Source: Candidatus Bathyarchaeota archaeon (GTDB lineage: Archaea; Thermoproteota; Bathyarchaeia; 40CM-2-53-6). From it: 64,000 nucleotides of DNA. Below are positions 61,755-64,000 of this stretch, one piece after another. The position numbers and the translations under genes were made by a program. The notes beneath the pieces were generated by a model. The model was not told the origin of the DNA and searched no databases. It was given only the letters and a program-made list of their open reading frames with translations. The stretch is from assembly GCA_963833125.1 (NCBI GenBank), contig CAWHWX010000004.1, positions 128,001-192,000 of the forward strand, in the 5' to 3' direction. Within the stretch, counting starts at the first letter, position 1; the number at the start of each line of letters is the position of its first letter.

Positions 61755-62878
61755 GCACTTTCGTTAATGACACAGTTGCCATTACCACGAAAGAACTAAG
61801 ACAACTACGCCGCGACCCCGTCTCGTTGATCTTGACGGTTATGTTCCCAATCATCCTCATCAGTATCTTCATAGTAATCGTTGCTGCCTTCAGCGCCACC
61901 ACCCATAATGTTCCAGTGGTCGTCGCTGATCTAGACGGTACGCCAGCCTCGAACGCTATGCTTAACGAATTAACTCGATCACGCTTCATCCACGTAAACC
62001 AACTCGTGCAAACCGAAGACCAAGCCTACCAAGCGGTTGCCAATGGGCAAGCAGTGGGAGCCATAATTATACCTCAAGGATTCGGAAGTGCGCTTCAGGC
62101 TGGAGACGCTTTCGTTATCGTTTCTACTGATAATTCTAAGTTGACCTCTTCGCAGTTCGTGATTGGCGCTGTGAACTCGGGCGCTCAGGATCTCGTTAAC
62201 CAGGTGACCTCAGGTGAAGGCATTAGTTTCGGACTCAAGATTGCCCCAATCGACGTAATCACAAGACCTCTGACGGGGCGTCCGCCTAGCGGGGACCCGA
62301 TCCTGCCCGGCTTCCTGGGCTTAATCGCCATCCTTGGAGGTTTTGATGACATCGTGAACGCGATTAACCGGGAACGGGAACGAGGGACATTTCCACGCTT
62401 GACTCTAACTCCAGTGAGCCTGTTCGCGGTTTACTCCGGTAAAATGTCCGCAACAGTAGTTCTTACGATTCTACGGACTGCGTTGATGCTGGTAATCTTC
62501 AGTCTTTATGGTTTGGTAATACATGGAAGTCTCATACTCATCTTCCTGACAACTATTCTAATCGCGGTCTTCACATTCTCTTTAGGCTTAACGATTTCAA
62601 CGAGAATCCGAAGTACAACGACTCTGACGGTTTTGGAGATAGCGATGACGTTCCCGCTGTTCGCGTTGGCTGGGACCACGAATTCCCCGCTTCTACTTGC
62701 GCCTGGTGGTAGGGCGATCTCCGACAGCCTGCCCTGGACTTATGGTAATGATGCGCTTAGACGTTTGATCTATCTGGGGGCTGGGTTGAACGCGATTAGT
62801 GGCGATCTTCTCGTCCTGTTCATCAGCAGTCTCATACTGATGCCGATCGCGATTCTTCTATCGAAACGGACGATGTAG
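61751..62878 (+). CDS. ABC-2 type permease
   Basis: KELRQLRRDP, RERERGT, PWTYGNDALR. Confidence 0.92.
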   Translation: MSTFVNDTVAITTKELRQLRRDPVSLILTVMFPIILISIFIVIVAAFSATTHNVPVVVADLDGTPASNAMLNELTRSRFIHVNQLVQTEDQAYQAVANGQAVGAIIIPQGFGSALQAGDAFVIVSTDNSKLTSSQFVIGAVNSGAQDLVNQVTSGEGISFGLKIAPIDVITRPLTGRPPSGDPILPGFLGLIAILGGFDDIVNAINRERERGTFPRLTLTPVSLFAVYSGKMSATVVLTILRTALMLVIFSLYGLVIHGSLILIFLTTILIAVFTFSLGLTISTRIRSTTTLTVLEIAMTFPLFALAGTTNSPLLLAPGGRAISDSLPWTYGNDALRRLIYLGAGLNAISGDLLVLFISSLILMPIAILLSKRTM

Positions 62879-62880
62879 TG

Positions 62881-64000
62881 TTATCGGCGTCTTCTTCGAT
62901 CCAACATGAACGCTGCGGCTGCACATACGGTTATTGTGGTTAGGGGAATAGTTGCGAGCTCAGGTATCGGGATTTGGCTTTCTTCCAGAATGTAGTTGAG
63001 TGCATCATTCTGTTCTCCTTGGTTCACGTTAAGCGTGAACATGATTTGCTGGTGGCCTTCGGTATGGTTCCATTCGGTAATTGTGGTTTGGTAGGTGCCT
63101 GGGTTTAGGTATCCGTCAAACCATCCGTCCCACGTGTACCAGTAATACTGATACCCAGTACTGTCAACCAGCTCCACCCTTACCCAACTCATCGTTCGGG
63201 TTTGATCGTCCCAATTCATTCCAAGTATGATTCCCTGAATGTACCCTCGTCTGTCTACCTCGAACTCGGCTGAAGCTTCGCCGCTGAGCGGAGCGTTTAG
63301 GATTAGAGTGAATCCATTTTGCGCGTATGGTCCGAGGTGGTTGTACGGGAAGAAGTATGGTGATTCGCCTTGAAGGAGGGCTGGGGCGGGAGGGTACGCA
63401 GCGGTTGGCCTGTACCAGTTCACGAAATCAACCATCACCGTCCACGACCCGAAGTAACTGCCTGCGTAAGCGCCGCTGCCCCATATTCCATGGTCTGGGG
63501 AGAATAGGGTGGCGCTTCGGATGCGGGAAGTTGCGCTGCTGGGTTCCACGTAGCTGAACTCCCCTGCGAGGTCCTTGTAGGTCAATAATGTGGTTCCTGC
63601 CGGAAGCGCTTGGTTGGTGATTTTGTTTCCGTTTGCGAAGAAGCCGACATTTGATGAGCGGAGGAGTATCCCTGCGTCTGAGGTGAATGAGGTTGTCGCG
63701 GCAACTAGCCTGTCTTGGTCATCGAATATGCGGAACCTAACCGACATATTGTAAGGTGTTCCCGAAATTATTTTCTCACTCTTGAAGAGAACACTTACTG
63801 TCAGGTTTACACCAACTATGAGGTTGACGTGTGTGTCAGCCATTTGGGCGAGCCATGGGACGGCCACGTAAACGTTTCCAAGGTCACCGAGCGTGACCAC
63901 GTTCTCTTGCACATACCCATACGTCCACGCATTCAGGGCGTAGGTCCCCGGGTAAATGGCGAGGTTCGATCTGAATGATGGTAGTCGGTATGAGGTGAAA
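62881..64000 (-). CDS. C-terminal part of a large surface protein with a PEF-CTERM-like sorting signal
   Basis: Beta-rich repeats; ends IPIPEL, TM segment, DRRRR; 5' part is outside the window. Confidence 0.8.
   Translation of the reverse strand, partial: FTSYRLPSFRSNLAIYPGTYALNAWTYGYVQENVVTLGDLGNVYVAVPWLAQMADTHVNLIVGVNLTVSVLFKSEKIISGTPYNMSVRFRIFDDQDRLVAATTSFTSDAGILLRSSNVGFFANGNKITNQALPAGTTLLTYKDLAGEFSYVEPSSATSRIRSATLFSPDHGIWGSGAYAGSYFGSWTVMVDFVNWYRPTAAYPPAPALLQGESPYFFPYNHLGPYAQNGFTLILNAPLSGEASAEFEVDRRGYIQGIILGMNWDDQTRTMSWVRVELVDSTGYQYYWYTWDGWFDGYLNPGTYQTTITEWNHTEGHQQIMFTLNVNQGEQNDALNYILEESQIPIPELATIPLTTITVCAAAAFMLDRRRRR

Noticed and set aside
337-63978. Numerous antisense and overlapping ORFs in the supplied track
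   Set aside because: They are shadows of well-supported genes on the opposite strand or in another frame
1-64000. tRNA or rRNA genes
   Set aside because: No cloverleaf with a T-loop consensus or rRNA-like segment was recognised by eye; tRNAscan-SE/Infernal would be decisive

Overview
Archaeal chromosomal DNA, most likely a TACK archaeon such as Bathyarchaeia (inferred from the thermosome, TFS paralogue, CFI-box-CTERM and PEF-CTERM-like surface proteins, TATA promoters and GGAGGTGA-type RBSs; no database search was run). Many conserved genes are split by single-base indels, most likely long-read consensus errors. 1-28 kb is mostly housekeeping: deoC plus a phosphomutase, dehydrogenases, M20 peptidases, thermosome, UDG, a complete trpEGDCFBA operon and PepC. 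It also holds a 187-bp MITE and a TRP-box-like operator upstream of trpE, a PH/GLUE-like plus winged-helix protein reminiscent of ESCRT-II Vps36, and a TFS paralogue lacking the catalytic Asp-Glu pair. The most unusual part is about 28.8-48.7 kb, dense in microproteins that the ORF track mostly misses. It carries three paralogous ribbon-helix-helix regulators with related promoter sequences, two Tyr-rich prion-like peptides, a histone-H1-tail-like K/R/A peptide, a very acidic peptide, CsbD-like and lmo0937-like stress proteins, a 22-aa membrane peptide, several Zn-finger peptides, a CBS-GT4 fusion and a site-2 protease. My hypothesis is an RHH-controlled general-stress/dormancy module. 48.7-64 kb holds mntR/mntH, a DinG-like helicase, a DRG GTPase, GIY-YIG, a blue-copper protein, PduO, an ABC exporter and a surface protein. 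No rRNA, tRNA, CRISPR array, integrase or transposase was recognised.
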